From: Pseudomonadota bacterium
Lineage (GTDB): Bacteria > Pseudomonadota > Alphaproteobacteria > UBA2136 > UBA6156
Assembly: GCA_009927255.1 (NCBI GenBank)
Contig: RFNJ01000124.1
Span: 1 to 43,846 of the forward strand
Reading direction: 5' to 3'
DNA length: 43,846 nt
Program-made: the position numbers and the translations under genes
Notes under the pieces: generated by a model
Database searches by the model: none
What the model saw: only the letters and a program-made list of their open reading frames with translations
Told to the model about the DNA's origin: nothing
Shown: positions 32,508 through 40,650 of the stretch, in pieces
Numbering within the stretch: position 1 is the first letter of the stretch
Layout: every line of letters starts with the position of its first letter

Positions 32508-32534
32508 CAAGCACTCAAACATATAGAGTGATAA
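32508..32534. promoter_or_regulatory. CIRCE-like inverted repeat 2 (CAAGCACTC-N9-GAGTGATAA)
   Basis: 7/9 and 8/9 matches to the CIRCE half-sites with an exact 9-nt spacer. The left arm overlaps a minus-strand TTGACA. Confidence 0.5.
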
Positions 32535-32758
32535 AATATCTATATAAATCAAATAAAATCAATAATATAAAAATCTACTTCCCCCGCCCCACCCGCACCT
32601 CTGGCGGAAAAGGCACCCCATTATACATCAGCGGCGTCATCAGCCGTCCGCTGGTAAAAACCACCAAAAAAACCACCAAAGCGGCAATCTTTATCATCTC
32701 CATAGCTACTTATGGCCCCCCAGCCCAAAACTCCTAACAGCCACCAATCAAAAACTGG

Positions 32759-35692
32759 CTACTTTAATAAAGCCGCCAAAAACCGCCCCGTATGGCTCGC
32801 CTTATGCCGTGCAATCTGCTCCGGCGTGCCCTCGGCCACCAACTGGCCGCCACCGGTGCCGCCCTCGGGGCCAATGTCCAGCACCCAGTCGGCGGTCTTA
32901 ATCACATCCAGATTATGCTCAATAATAATCATCGTGTTGCCCGCATCCACCAGCCGGTGCAGCACTTTTAGCAACTGGTCAATATCCGCAAAGTGCAGGC
33001 CCGTGGTCGGCTCATCCAAAATATACAGCGTCCGCCCCGTGGCAATCTTCGCCAGCTCTTTCGCCAGCTTCACCCGCTGCGCCTCACCGCCACTCAGCGT
33101 GGTGGCTTGCTGGCCCAACTGAATATAACCAAGCCCCACATCCTCCAGCGTCTTAATATGCTTGGCCAAGCGGGGGATGCCGCTAAAAAACGTATAAGCT
33201 TCGCTCACCGTCATCGCCAGCACATCGGCAATGCTCTTGCCCTTGTAATGTACTTCCAGCGTCTCGCGGTTAAAGCGCCGCCCTTTGCACACTTCGCACG
33301 GCACATACACATCCGGCAAAAAGTGCATTTCCACCTTAATCACGCCGTCACCTTCGCATGCCTCGCAGCGCCCACCTTTCACGTTAAAGCTAAAGCGCCC
33401 CGGCCCATAACCGCGCGTTTTGCTCTCCGGCAACGCCGCAAACCAATCCCTTATCGGCCCATAAATCCCCGTATAAGTCGCGGGGTTGCTGCGCGGCGTC
33501 CGCCCAATGGGGGATTGGTCAATGTTCACCAGCTTATCAATGTGCTCAAGGCCGGTAATATCCTTATGCGCCGCCGCATGCTCTTTGCTGCCATGCAACC
33601 GCGCCGCCAGCGCATTGTGCAGCGTGTCCATCACCAGCGTGCTTTTGCCGCTGCCGGAAACCCCCGTCACGCACGTCAAAACCCCCAACGGAAACCGCGC
33701 CGTCACGTTCTTCAAATTGTTGCCACTCGCGCCATGCACCGCAATCGCCAAGCCATCCTTGGCCTTGCGCCGCTTGGCGGGCACCGCAATCGCCTTTTTG
33801 CCGCTCAAATACTGCCCCGTCAGGCTGTCTTTGGCGGCAATAATGTCCGCAACCTTGCCCTCCGCCACCACGTGGCCACCATGCACACCCGCCTTGGGGC
33901 CCATATCAATCACATGGTCAGCCAACCGAATCGCATCCTCATCATGCTCCACCACCAGCACGGTGTTATCCAAATCGCGCAGCTTGGTCAGTGTCTCCAG
34001 CAGGCGGTGATTATCCCGCTGGTGCAAGCCAATACTCGGCTCATCTAGCACATAAAGCACGCCGGTCAGCCCGCTGCCAATTTGCGATGCCAACCGTATC
34101 CGCTGGCTCTCCCCGCCCGAAAGCGTCCCTGCCGTGCGCGCAAGGCTCAGATAGTTCAGCCCCACATGGTTTAAAAACCCCAACCGCGCATAAATCTCGC
34201 GCAAAATCGGCGCGGCAATTTGCGCCGCATTGCCCTTCAAACCCTTCTGCAAACTTTCCGTAAACGCCAAAGCATCGGTGATGGAGAGCGCACAATAATC
34301 CCGAATATTGCGTGCCTGCTTACCAATCGTCACCGCCAAAGCCGAAGGATTCAACCGCGCCCCATGGCAAGTGGGGCAGGGGGCCGCCGCCCGATACCGA
34401 TTCAAATCCTCCTTGGCATAAGGGTTATCACTCTCATCCCACCGCCGCTTCAAAATATTCAGCACCCCATCAAAAACCTTCAGCGTCTTAAACTGGCTCT
34501 TGCCCCCCTCAAACACAAACTCCATCTTCTCCTCACCGCTGCCATTCAGCAAGCTGTGGCGAACCTTTTCGGGTAGTTTATGCCACGGCGTATCAAGGCT
34601 AAAACCATAATGCCGCGTCAACGCCTTCAGGTAATAAGCCCCCGTCTTATTCAGCTGCGCATTCGGCGTCCCCGGCTTCTCACTCCACGGATGAATCGCC
34701 CCCTGGTTCAACGTCAGCCGCTCATTCGGCACAATCAGTTCGGGGCTAAAATAAATCACCTCACCCAACCCATCACACGCCGCACAGGCGCCAAACGGAC
34801 TATTAAAACTAAACAACCGCGGCTCCAACTGGGTGCTGTGCCCACAGCGCGGGCAGCTATGCTTCTCGCTAAACAACTGCCGCAGTTTAGAAGTCTCTGC
34901 CCCCTCAATCGCCGCCACCTCCGCCAATCCCTCCGCCAACCGCAAGGCGGTGGCAAGGCTATCACTCAGCCGCTGCGCGTTCTCCGGCTTCACCGCCAAG
35001 CGGTCAATCACCAGCGCAATGTTATGCTTCTCATTCTTCTCCAGCTTCGGCGGCGCACTCAGCTCCACCAGCTCGCCATTCACTTCCGCCCGCGTATAAC
35101 CCTGCTGCTGCCACACCGCAAATTCCTTACGATATTCCCCCTTGCGCCCGCGCACCACCGGCGCCAGCACCATCATTTTGGTGCCCGCGGGCCAGGCCAG
35201 CACATGGTCCACCATCTGGCTAATCGTCTGCGCGGTAATTTCCACATCGGGATGGTTCGGGCAATGTGCCGTCCCCGCGTTGGCAAACAGCAAGCGCAAA
35301 TAGTCATAAATTTCGGTAATCGTTCCCACCGTGCTGCGCGGATTTTTGCTGGTGGTCTTCTGCTCAATCGCAATCGCCGGCGCCAAACCCTCAATCCGCT
35401 CCACATCCGGCTTGTTGTTCAGTTCCAAAAATTGCCGGGCGTAGGCCGAAAGACTCTCCACATACCGCCGCTGCCCCTCGGCATAAATCGTGTCAAAAGC
35501 AAGGCTGCTCTTGCCACTGCCCGAAACCCCCGTAATCACCGTCAACGTATGCTTCGGAATATTCAACGAAACATCCCGTAAATTATGCTCTCTTGCCCCC
35601 CGAATCATCAAGTGCGTATTCGGCGTCGGAACAACCGATGAGCTTTTTGCGGAACTTTTTTGAGCAGAGGATAAAGAAACAGAGCGGGCCAT
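32759..35692 (-). CDS. uvrA: Excinuclease ABC subunit A, UvrA (start uncertain: TTG 35728, ATG 35692 or ATG 35608)
   Basis: [43 protein letters not shown], zinc-finger cysteines and a second ABC module. Confidence 0.95.
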   Translation of the reverse strand: MARSVSLSSAQKSSAKSSSVVPTPNTHLMIRGAREHNLRDVSLNIPKHTLTVITGVSGSGKSSLAFDTIYAEGQRRYVESLSAYARQFLELNNKPDVERIEGLAPAIAIEQKTTSKNPRSTVGTITEIYDYLRLLFANAGTAHCPNHPDVEITAQTISQMVDHVLAWPAGTKMMVLAPVVRGRKGEYRKEFAVWQQQGYTRAEVNGELVELSAPPKLEKNEKHNIALVIDRLAVKPENAQRLSDSLATALRLAEGLAEVAAIEGAETSKLRQLFSEKHSCPRCGHSTQLEPRLFSFNSPFGACAACDGLGEVIYFSPELIVPNERLTLNQGAIHPWSEKPGTPNAQLNKTGAYYLKALTRHYGFSLDTPWHKLPEKVRHSLLNGSGEEKMEFVFEGGKSQFKTLKVFDGVLNILKRRWDESDNPYAKEDLNRYRAAAPCPTCHGARLNPSALAVTIGKQARNIRDYCALSITDALAFTESLQKGLKGNAAQIAAPILREIYARLGFLNHVGLNYLSLARTAGTLSGGESQRIRLASQIGSGLTGVLYVLDEPSIGLHQRDNHRLLETLTKLRDLDNTVLVVEHDEDAIRLADHVIDMGPKAGVHGGHVVAEGKVADIIAAKDSLTGQYLSGKKAIAVPAKRRKAKDGLAIAVHGASGNNLKNVTARFPLGVLTCVTGVSGSGKSTLVMDTLHNALAARLHGSKEHAAAHKDITGLEHIDKLVNIDQSPIGRTPRSNPATYTGIYGPIRDWFAALPESKTRGYGPGRFSFNVKGGRCEACEGDGVIKVEMHFLPDVYVPCEVCKGRRFNRETLEVHYKGKSIADVLAMTVSEAYTFFSGIPRLAKHIKTLEDVGLGYIQLGQQATTLSGGEAQRVKLAKELAKIATGRTLYILDEPTTGLHFADIDQLLKVLHRLVDAGNTMIIIEHNLDVIKTADWVLDIGPEGGTGGGQLVAEGTPEQIARHKASHTGRFLAALLK

Positions 35693-35740
35693 AGCATGCG
35701 TTGTCGCACGCCATAGCCCGCTCGGCAAGGGGGAATAGGG

Positions 35741-36010
35741 TTATGCTTTGTTGACAATATCTTCCCACCCAACAGGAACTGTTTTTCCCCAAGGACCAAA
35801 GATTGGCTGACCATCCTGATTGACAGAAATCAGGCGGTAATGAGGCGTTGCAGTCATTCCTAGAAAGAAAAGGAGGGATTGCCAAAACGGTAGCCCTTTT
35901 TCCAGCATAGTAGTGTTTTCATCATTGATGGTAACGGCCCAAAGCATAATTCGGGCTACTTTCCAATTCCGGTAGCTTTTGGTCGGATTCCGCAAATAAA
36001 ACGTCGACAT
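35741..36010 (-). CDS. Hypothetical protein, MSTFYL paralog B (89 aa)
   Basis: ATG 36010 is preceded by GGAGG. Shares MSTFYL, T.MLE, YRL, G.W..T.P..W with the ORF at 36552..36866. No family recognised. Confidence 0.6.
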   Translation of the reverse strand: MSTFYLRNPTKSYRNWKVARIMLWAVTINDENTTMLEKGLPFWQSLLFFLGMTATPHYRLISVNQDGQPIFGPWGKTVPVGWEDIVNKA

Positions 36011-36030
36011 GGATTCCTCCAAGGATAAGT

Positions 36031-36079
36031 CTGGCACAATCGCCACCCGTCATGTATCCAATTCTAGGTAAGCCGTCAA
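36031..36079 (-). promoter_or_regulatory. Putative sigma70 promoter plus conserved leader box, cassette B (TTGACG-N17-TACATG-ACGG-GTGGCGATTGTGCC)
   Basis: Read on the minus strand. Same architecture at 36440..36488 and 36891..36938. Confidence 0.45.
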
Positions 36080-36114
36080 TAAAAAAGCCACAGCAACCCG
36101 CAGGTCGCCATGGC
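36080..36114 (-). terminator. Rho-independent terminator after the 3-TM gene
   Basis: Minus strand: GCCATGGCGACC-TGCG-GGTTGCTGTGGC-TTTTTTAT. The stem contains wobble or mismatched pairs. Confidence 0.55.
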
Positions 36115-36138
36115 CATTCAGTAGGAGAAGCTTAAAGC

Positions 36139-36420
36139 TTAGGCATTAAGCCAAGCTAGCATTAGTGCGTACATTAGTATCCAACCTAGTAATAGTAAGG
36201 TAAGAAATTTATTAAGGCTCTTTCGGTTTGCGTGGCCAGTAAGCAAAAGCCCACCCAAACCAGAAAGTATAATCAATTGTCCTACAATAGGAAGTGAAGT
36301 CTTGACGTAGTCCGCAAGATGCTCAGGAGGAATAAAAGACACTATCCCAGCAACACAACCACTCAAAAACCCTGCAACATAGCAAGCAGTCTCTTTCGCT
36401 GATTTCGTAGCCAACGGCAT
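36139..36420 (-). CDS. Hypothetical 3-TM membrane protein (93 aa), low GC
   Basis: Three hydrophobic segments, SD GGAG, own promoter-like region and terminator. No family recognised. Confidence 0.55.
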   Translation of the reverse strand: MPLATKSAKETACYVAGFLSGCVAGIVSFIPPEHLADYVKTSLPIVGQLIILSGLGGLLLTGHANRKSLNKFLTLLLLGWILMYALMLAWLNA

Positions 36421-36439
36421 GGAACGTCTCCAGATGAAT

Positions 36440-36488
36440 CAGGCACAGTCGCCACAGTATTTGTATATAATTCTCCTAATCCGGTCAA
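36440..36488 (-). promoter_or_regulatory. Putative sigma70 promoter plus conserved leader box, cassette M (TTGACC-N17-TACAAA-TACT-GTGGCGACTGTGCC)
   Basis: Read on the minus strand. Aligns along its length with 36031..36079. Confidence 0.45.
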
Positions 36489-36524
36489 CAAAAAAGCCAC
36501 AGCAAACCAAAGGGTCGCTGTGGC
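36489..36524 (-). terminator. Rho-independent terminator after MSTFYL paralog A
   Basis: Minus strand: GCCACAGCGACCC-TTTG-GTTTGCTGTGGC-TTTTTTGTT. Confidence 0.7.
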
Positions 36525-36551
36525 CTATGTTGGGAGGTAAAGGGCAGGGGC

Positions 36552-36866
36552 CTAAGCCGCCGCCGTTACTTCGGTCCACTCTGCAGGAATCGTCGATTGC
36601 CAGCCACCATAATGTACATTGGCATTTGGCTCGCAGGTAAGCAGGCGGTATTGTTTGGTGGTTGCTCCACCACCGCGCCAAATGGTAAGCCAAGCTGAAA
36701 TATCCCGCTCTTCCAGCATCAAAGTAGGCCTCTGGTAGCTGAAGGCAATCGAGCGTAATTCACTATAAGCCTCTTTTTCATCAGTGAAAGTCTTTACCAT
36801 ACTCTGCGGTTCACCATCAGCTGGGGCCGGCACAACATCCGGATCTACCAAGTAAAAGGTCGACAT
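36552..36866 (-). CDS. Hypothetical protein, MSTFYL paralog A (104 aa)
   Basis: ATG 36866 is preceded by GGGAG. Paralogous to 35741..36010. No family recognised. Confidence 0.6.
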   Translation of the reverse strand: MSTFYLVDPDVVPAPADGEPQSMVKTFTDEKEAYSELRSIAFSYQRPTLMLEERDISAWLTIWRGGGATTKQYRLLTCEPNANVHYGGWQSTIPAEWTEVTAAA

Positions 36867-36890
36867 GGGCTACTCCCGTGTTGGGTGTTT

Positions 36891-36938
36891 CACTAAAGTC
36901 GCAACCGCCTGAATATGTGAACCCAATTCCTTCGTCAA
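36891..36938 (-). promoter_or_regulatory. Putative sigma70 promoter plus related leader box, cassette A (TTGACG-N17-TATTCA-GGCG-GTTGCGACTTTAGTG)
   Basis: Read on the minus strand. This is the third copy of the same architecture. Confidence 0.4.
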
Positions 36939-37161
36939 TATCCCCTGCCATCCGTGTACCCGCGCAGCGGTCATGCCGGCGAGGGCCGGTATCCACGAAA
37001 AATCATGAGCCATAGGCGAAGTATGTTATTGAAAAGATAAAGTATGAGTGCATCGAACGAGGTGATAGTTTATTGGTAATGTCAACAACCCCATCTTTTT
37101 TACACCCAATACCCCACCTTAGGGCTTGCCTTGGTGGGGGCCCATAGCCCACATTACAAAG

Positions 37162-39417
37162 GTGATACGCCAGTATGAACTCATCGAAAAAGTCCGCGCC
37201 TACAACCCACGGGCCGATGTCGGGCTCATCAACCGCGCCTATGTTTATAGCATGAAGGCCCACGGCAACCAAAAGCGCGCCAGCGGCCAACCCTACCTCG
37301 TCCACCCCCTCGCCGTGGCAGGGATACTCGCCGAACTCAAAATGGACGACGCCACCATCGCCGTCGGCCTGCTGCACGACACCCTAGAAGATACGCTCAG
37401 CAGCTACGACGAACTCAAAAATCTGTTCGGGGTGGAGGTTGCGGACCTCACCGACGGGGTAACAAAACTCTCCAAAATCAGCTTCGAAGACAAAGCGGTC
37501 GAGCAAGCCGAAAACTTCCGCAAATTGCTCCTCGCCATGAGCAAAGATATCCGCGTGCTGCTGGTCAAGCTGGCGGATAGACTCCACAACATGCGCACCC
37601 TCGCCGCCTTCAGTAAGGAAGAAAAAAAGCGCCGAATTGCTAAAGAAACCCTCGATATCTATGCCCCACTCGCCGATAGAATCGGCCTCCACGTCATCAA
37701 GGCCGAACTCGAAGACTTGGCATTCAAGGTGCTGGAACCTGAAGAATACGCCCTCATCGAATCCCGCATGGCCGAATGGCGCGCCGAAGACCAACTGGTG
37801 CCCCGTGTCATCGCCGTGCTGCAAGAAGAACTGCAAAAGGCAGGGATAAAAGGCGAAGTCAGCGGCCGCGAAAAAGCCGTCTACTCGGTCTACCAAAAAA
37901 TGGTGCGCAAAAGTTTAGCGTTCGACCAACTCACCGACATCATCGCCTACCGCGTGGTCGTCGATAACAAACGCGATTGCTACGAAGTCTTAGGGTTAAT
38001 GCACGACAGGTTCAAAGCCATCCCCGGCCGCTTCAAAGATTACATCAGCGCCCCCAAACCAAACGGCTATCAAAGCCTACATACGAGTGTCATCGGCCCC
38101 TTTGGCAACCGAATGGAGGTACAAATCCGCACCAAAGAAATGCATGAAATAGCCGAAAACGGTGTCGCTGCGCACTGGGTTTATAAGCCACCCAAGGGCG
38201 AAAATGGCAAAACTATCACGCAAAATAATATTGAAACCAGCAAAGAAGGCAGTAAAGATTTAAAACACAGCCCCTACCGCTGGCTGCGCGGCCTGATAGA
38301 ACAGCTACAAGGTGTTGAAGACCCAGAAGAATTTTATGAAAACGCCAAACTGGAATTATTCACCGAAAACGTCTTCGCCTTCACCCCCAAAGGCGATGTC
38401 ATCCAGCTGCCCAAAGGCGCCACCCCGCTCGATTTTGCTTACTCAATCCACAGTAATTTAGGCAACCGCACCGTCTCCGCCAAAGTCAACGGCAGCGTGG
38501 TTCCTCTCCGCCGTATTCTCGAAAATGGTGATATGGTTGAGATAGTTACCGGTGCCCACCAGCATCCCAATCCCGGCTGGAAAGAGCTGGTGGTCAGCAG
38601 CCGCGCCCGCAGCGCCATCAACCGCTACCTGCGCCAGCAAGAGCAAGCCGAACTGGTGCGCCTCGGCCGCGAAATCCTCGAAAAAGCCGCAAGGCGCGAT
38701 GGCTGGAGCTGGGACATCAAAGACGTCCAACATAACCTTAAAAAACTTCCTGGAAATCAATTTGATACGATTGATGACGTCTTCGCCGCCCTCGGCCAAG
38801 GCCGCCTCTTTCCCCGCCAAATCCACGATATCCTCTACCCGCCAAAACCCACCATCACCAGCGAACCCAAGCTCCTCCCCCCCAAAAAATCCACCAAAGA
38901 CAAACTTCGCAACCAACAAACGACTGAACATGCACGCAGAGAAGACAACACCAACAAAGTCGCCATTGAAGGCGGCCTCGCCGGAATGGTGGTCAATTAT
39001 GCCAAATGTTGCAGCCCTTTACCGGGCGAAGACATCGTCGGCATCATCGCCACTGGCAAGGGCGTCAGCGTCCACATGCGCACCTGCCGCAACTTAGAAC
39101 AATTTGCCGACCAACCCGACCGCTGGCTGCCGGTCAGCTGGAGCAAAGCCGCCGAAAATGGCGACTTGCGCCACTTCGTCTGCCGCCTGCGTTTCCATGT
39201 AAGGAATGACACCGGCGCACTCGCCAGCATCACCAACGTCATTGCCAACAGTAATGCCCAAATCATTGAAATTGCAACAGAAAACCGCAATGCCGATAGC
39301 ATGACCATCCGCTGCGAAATGGAAATCACCAACAAAAACCACCTGAATCGCTTGATCCAACAGCTCTCGGGCCTTAAGGTCATGCTCAGCGTGGAAAAAA
39401 TTTACGGCTGGAATTAG
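37162..39417 (+). CDS. spoT: Bifunctional (p)ppGpp synthetase/hydrolase, RelA/SpoT homolog
   Basis: The GTG at 37162 gives (M)IRQYELIEKV. HD domain (HGNQKRASGQPYLVHPL), synthetase domain (YRVVVD, GYQSLHT), TGS and ACT regions. Confidence 0.95.
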   Translation: MIRQYELIEKVRAYNPRADVGLINRAYVYSMKAHGNQKRASGQPYLVHPLAVAGILAELKMDDATIAVGLLHDTLEDTLSSYDELKNLFGVEVADLTDGVTKLSKISFEDKAVEQAENFRKLLLAMSKDIRVLLVKLADRLHNMRTLAAFSKEEKKRRIAKETLDIYAPLADRIGLHVIKAELEDLAFKVLEPEEYALIESRMAEWRAEDQLVPRVIAVLQEELQKAGIKGEVSGREKAVYSVYQKMVRKSLAFDQLTDIIAYRVVVDNKRDCYEVLGLMHDRFKAIPGRFKDYISAPKPNGYQSLHTSVIGPFGNRMEVQIRTKEMHEIAENGVAAHWVYKPPKGENGKTITQNNIETSKEGSKDLKHSPYRWLRGLIEQLQGVEDPEEFYENAKLELFTENVFAFTPKGDVIQLPKGATPLDFAYSIHSNLGNRTVSAKVNGSVVPLRRILENGDMVEIVTGAHQHPNPGWKELVVSSRARSAINRYLRQQEQAELVRLGREILEKAARRDGWSWDIKDVQHNLKKLPGNQFDTIDDVFAALGQGRLFPRQIHDILYPPKPTITSEPKLLPPKKSTKDKLRNQQTTEHARREDNTNKVAIEGGLAGMVVNYAKCCSPLPGEDIVGIIATGKGVSVHMRTCRNLEQFADQPDRWLPVSWSKAAENGDLRHFVCRLRFHVRNDTGALASITNVIANSNAQIIEIATENRNADSMTIRCEMEITNKNHLNRLIQQLSGLKVMLSVEKIYGWN

Positions 39418-39422
39418 GGAGA

Positions 39423-39911
39423 ATGGTGCGGGTGAATTTAAAAAATTTCTGGCAAAAAACCCGCGAAAAGTTAAAGGACGAAGCACGTCACCCTCATAAG
39501 GTCGCACTTGGCGCTGCGGTAGGAGTGGGAGTTAGCTTCATTCCACTACCAGGTATGGGCGCTATTATGGCATTAGCAGTAGCATGGTTGGTACGCGGCA
39601 GTATTCCTGCAGCCTTGGTGTCACAAGTAATTGGAAATCCATGGACATTCCCTTTCATTTGGGCTGCCAGTTTAGCAGTAGGTAAAATTGTTTTGCCCGT
39701 ACAAGAAGGGGTTAACCTAGTTGCCTTAATGAATAATCTAACATGGCAGTTTTTTATCGATAATCGCCAAGATTTATTAATGAATATATTAGTCCCCATG
39801 GGTCTTGGCGGTCTTATTTTGGGCTTTATTTTTGCTCTACTTACCTATGCAGTTGTATTGTGGGAACTTCGCCGCTGGCTGATTAAACACGGGCAGGAGG
39901 CCCAAGGCTAA
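39423..39911 (+). CDS. DUF2062-domain membrane protein
   Basis: SD AGGGAG. P.KVALGAAVGVGVSFIPLPG....LAVA......IPAAL.SQV.GNPWTFPFIW pattern. Confidence 0.7.
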   Translation: MVRVNLKNFWQKTREKLKDEARHPHKVALGAAVGVGVSFIPLPGMGAIMALAVAWLVRGSIPAALVSQVIGNPWTFPFIWAASLAVGKIVLPVQEGVNLVALMNNLTWQFFIDNRQDLLMNILVPMGLGGLILGFIFALLTYAVVLWELRRWLIKHGQEAQG

Positions 39912-40261
39912 TGCTCGGCATTGGCACCGATATCTGCGCCATCACGCGGATAGAAGCACTCTTGCAAAAAGACGCTCCCCGCCTGCTTGCCCGTATCCTA
40001 ACGCCGCAAGAACGCACCGAGCGCGAGTGGGATGCCCCCAGCCTCGCTCGTCGCTGGGCCGCAAAGGAAGCCGTGGCGAAAGCCTTCGGCCAAGGCATCG
40101 GCGCTCAAGTCGGATTTCAAGAAATCGAAGTGCAACACACTCCCCATGGCGCCCCCACAGTGCACATGCACGGCACCATGGCCGGCGCAGTGGTACATTT
40201 AAGTGTCAGCGACGACGCTGGCACCGCCATCGCCTTCGCAATCATCGAAAAATTAGCATGA
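39911..40261 (+). CDS. acpS: Holo-[acyl-carrier-protein] synthase
   Basis: MLGIGTDICAITRIE...FAAKEAVAKA-like (WAAKEAVAKAFG)...LSVSDD. Confidence 0.9.
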   Translation: MLGIGTDICAITRIEALLQKDAPRLLARILTPQERTEREWDAPSLARRWAAKEAVAKAFGQGIGAQVGFQEIEVQHTPHGAPTVHMHGTMAGAVVHLSVSDDAGTAIAFAIIEKLA

Positions 40262-40539
40262 ACACTCCCAAACAAACCAACCGCCTCTCCGTGCAAGTCG
40301 TCGCCGTCGCAGGCGGCATCCAATTCATTAAGCCAATGCTAGTGCCCCGCAGCCAAACAGTGGGCTGGTGCGCCAACGCCAGCGGCGTCTACAGCCTCCA
40401 CCCCCAGCTCCAAGGCGCCAAGCTCGGTATCTGGGGCAAACTCACCAAACCCAACACGGTGGTAGAAGAAGGCGACAGAATCGAAATCTACACCCCCGCC
40501 ACCAGCAAACAAAAATCCAAAAAAATGAGTGAAAAGTGA
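40258..40539 (+). CDS. rnfH: RnfH-family ubiquitin-like protein (UPF0125)
   Basis: The ATG overlaps the acpS stop (ATGA). LGIWGKLTKPNTVVEEGDRIEIYTP resembles the RnfH C-terminus. Confidence 0.65.
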   Translation: MNTPKQTNRLSVQVVAVAGGIQFIKPMLVPRSQTVGWCANASGVYSLHPQLQGAKLGIWGKLTKPNTVVEEGDRIEIYTPATSKQKSKKMSEK

Positions 40540-40580
40540 GTAAGTAGTTATAAAGTATAGCATATAATAGATTAGTTAGT

Positions 40581-40624
40581 AGCTACTCCGGTAAAGGATC
40601 ATTAATAAGCCTAGCCGGAGTAGC
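40581..40624. other. 11-bp perfect stem / 22-nt loop hairpin in the AT-rich convergent rnfH/nusA spacer
   Basis: AGCTACTCCGG...CCGGAGTAGCT. No T-run on either side. Confidence 0.4.
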
Positions 40625-40650
40625 TGCGTGAAAAATTATCCCAAAGTATT

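Noticed and set aside
32575-32703. 42-aa minus-strand ORF (MEMIKIAALVVFLVVFTSGRLMTPLMYNGVPFPPEVRVGRGK) downstream of uvrA
   Set aside because: It has a plausible single-TM small protein shape, but no SD, no recognisable family and no comparative support available here. It is too weak to call.
32504-32737. 77-aa plus-strand ORF in the hsp20-uvrA spacer
   Set aside because: It starts in the AT-rich operator region, is Lys/Ile/Thr low-complexity, and has no SD. It is most likely non-coding.
32993-35581. Two long plus-strand ORFs (351 and 333 aa) antisense to uvrA
   Set aside because: They are Arg/His/Pro/Gln-rich low-complexity shadow ORFs. uvrA is unambiguous.
35693-36950. Search for an alphaproteobacterial SOS box (GTTC-N7-GTTC) upstream of uvrA and the islet genes
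   Set aside because: No match was found by eye; only a single GTTC occurs at about 36920 without a partner. There is therefore no evidence that the islet or uvrA is LexA-controlled.
37003-37377. 124-aa minus-strand ORF overlapping the spoT 5' end
   Set aside because: It is antisense to the conserved HD-domain region of spoT and has no motifs or SD.
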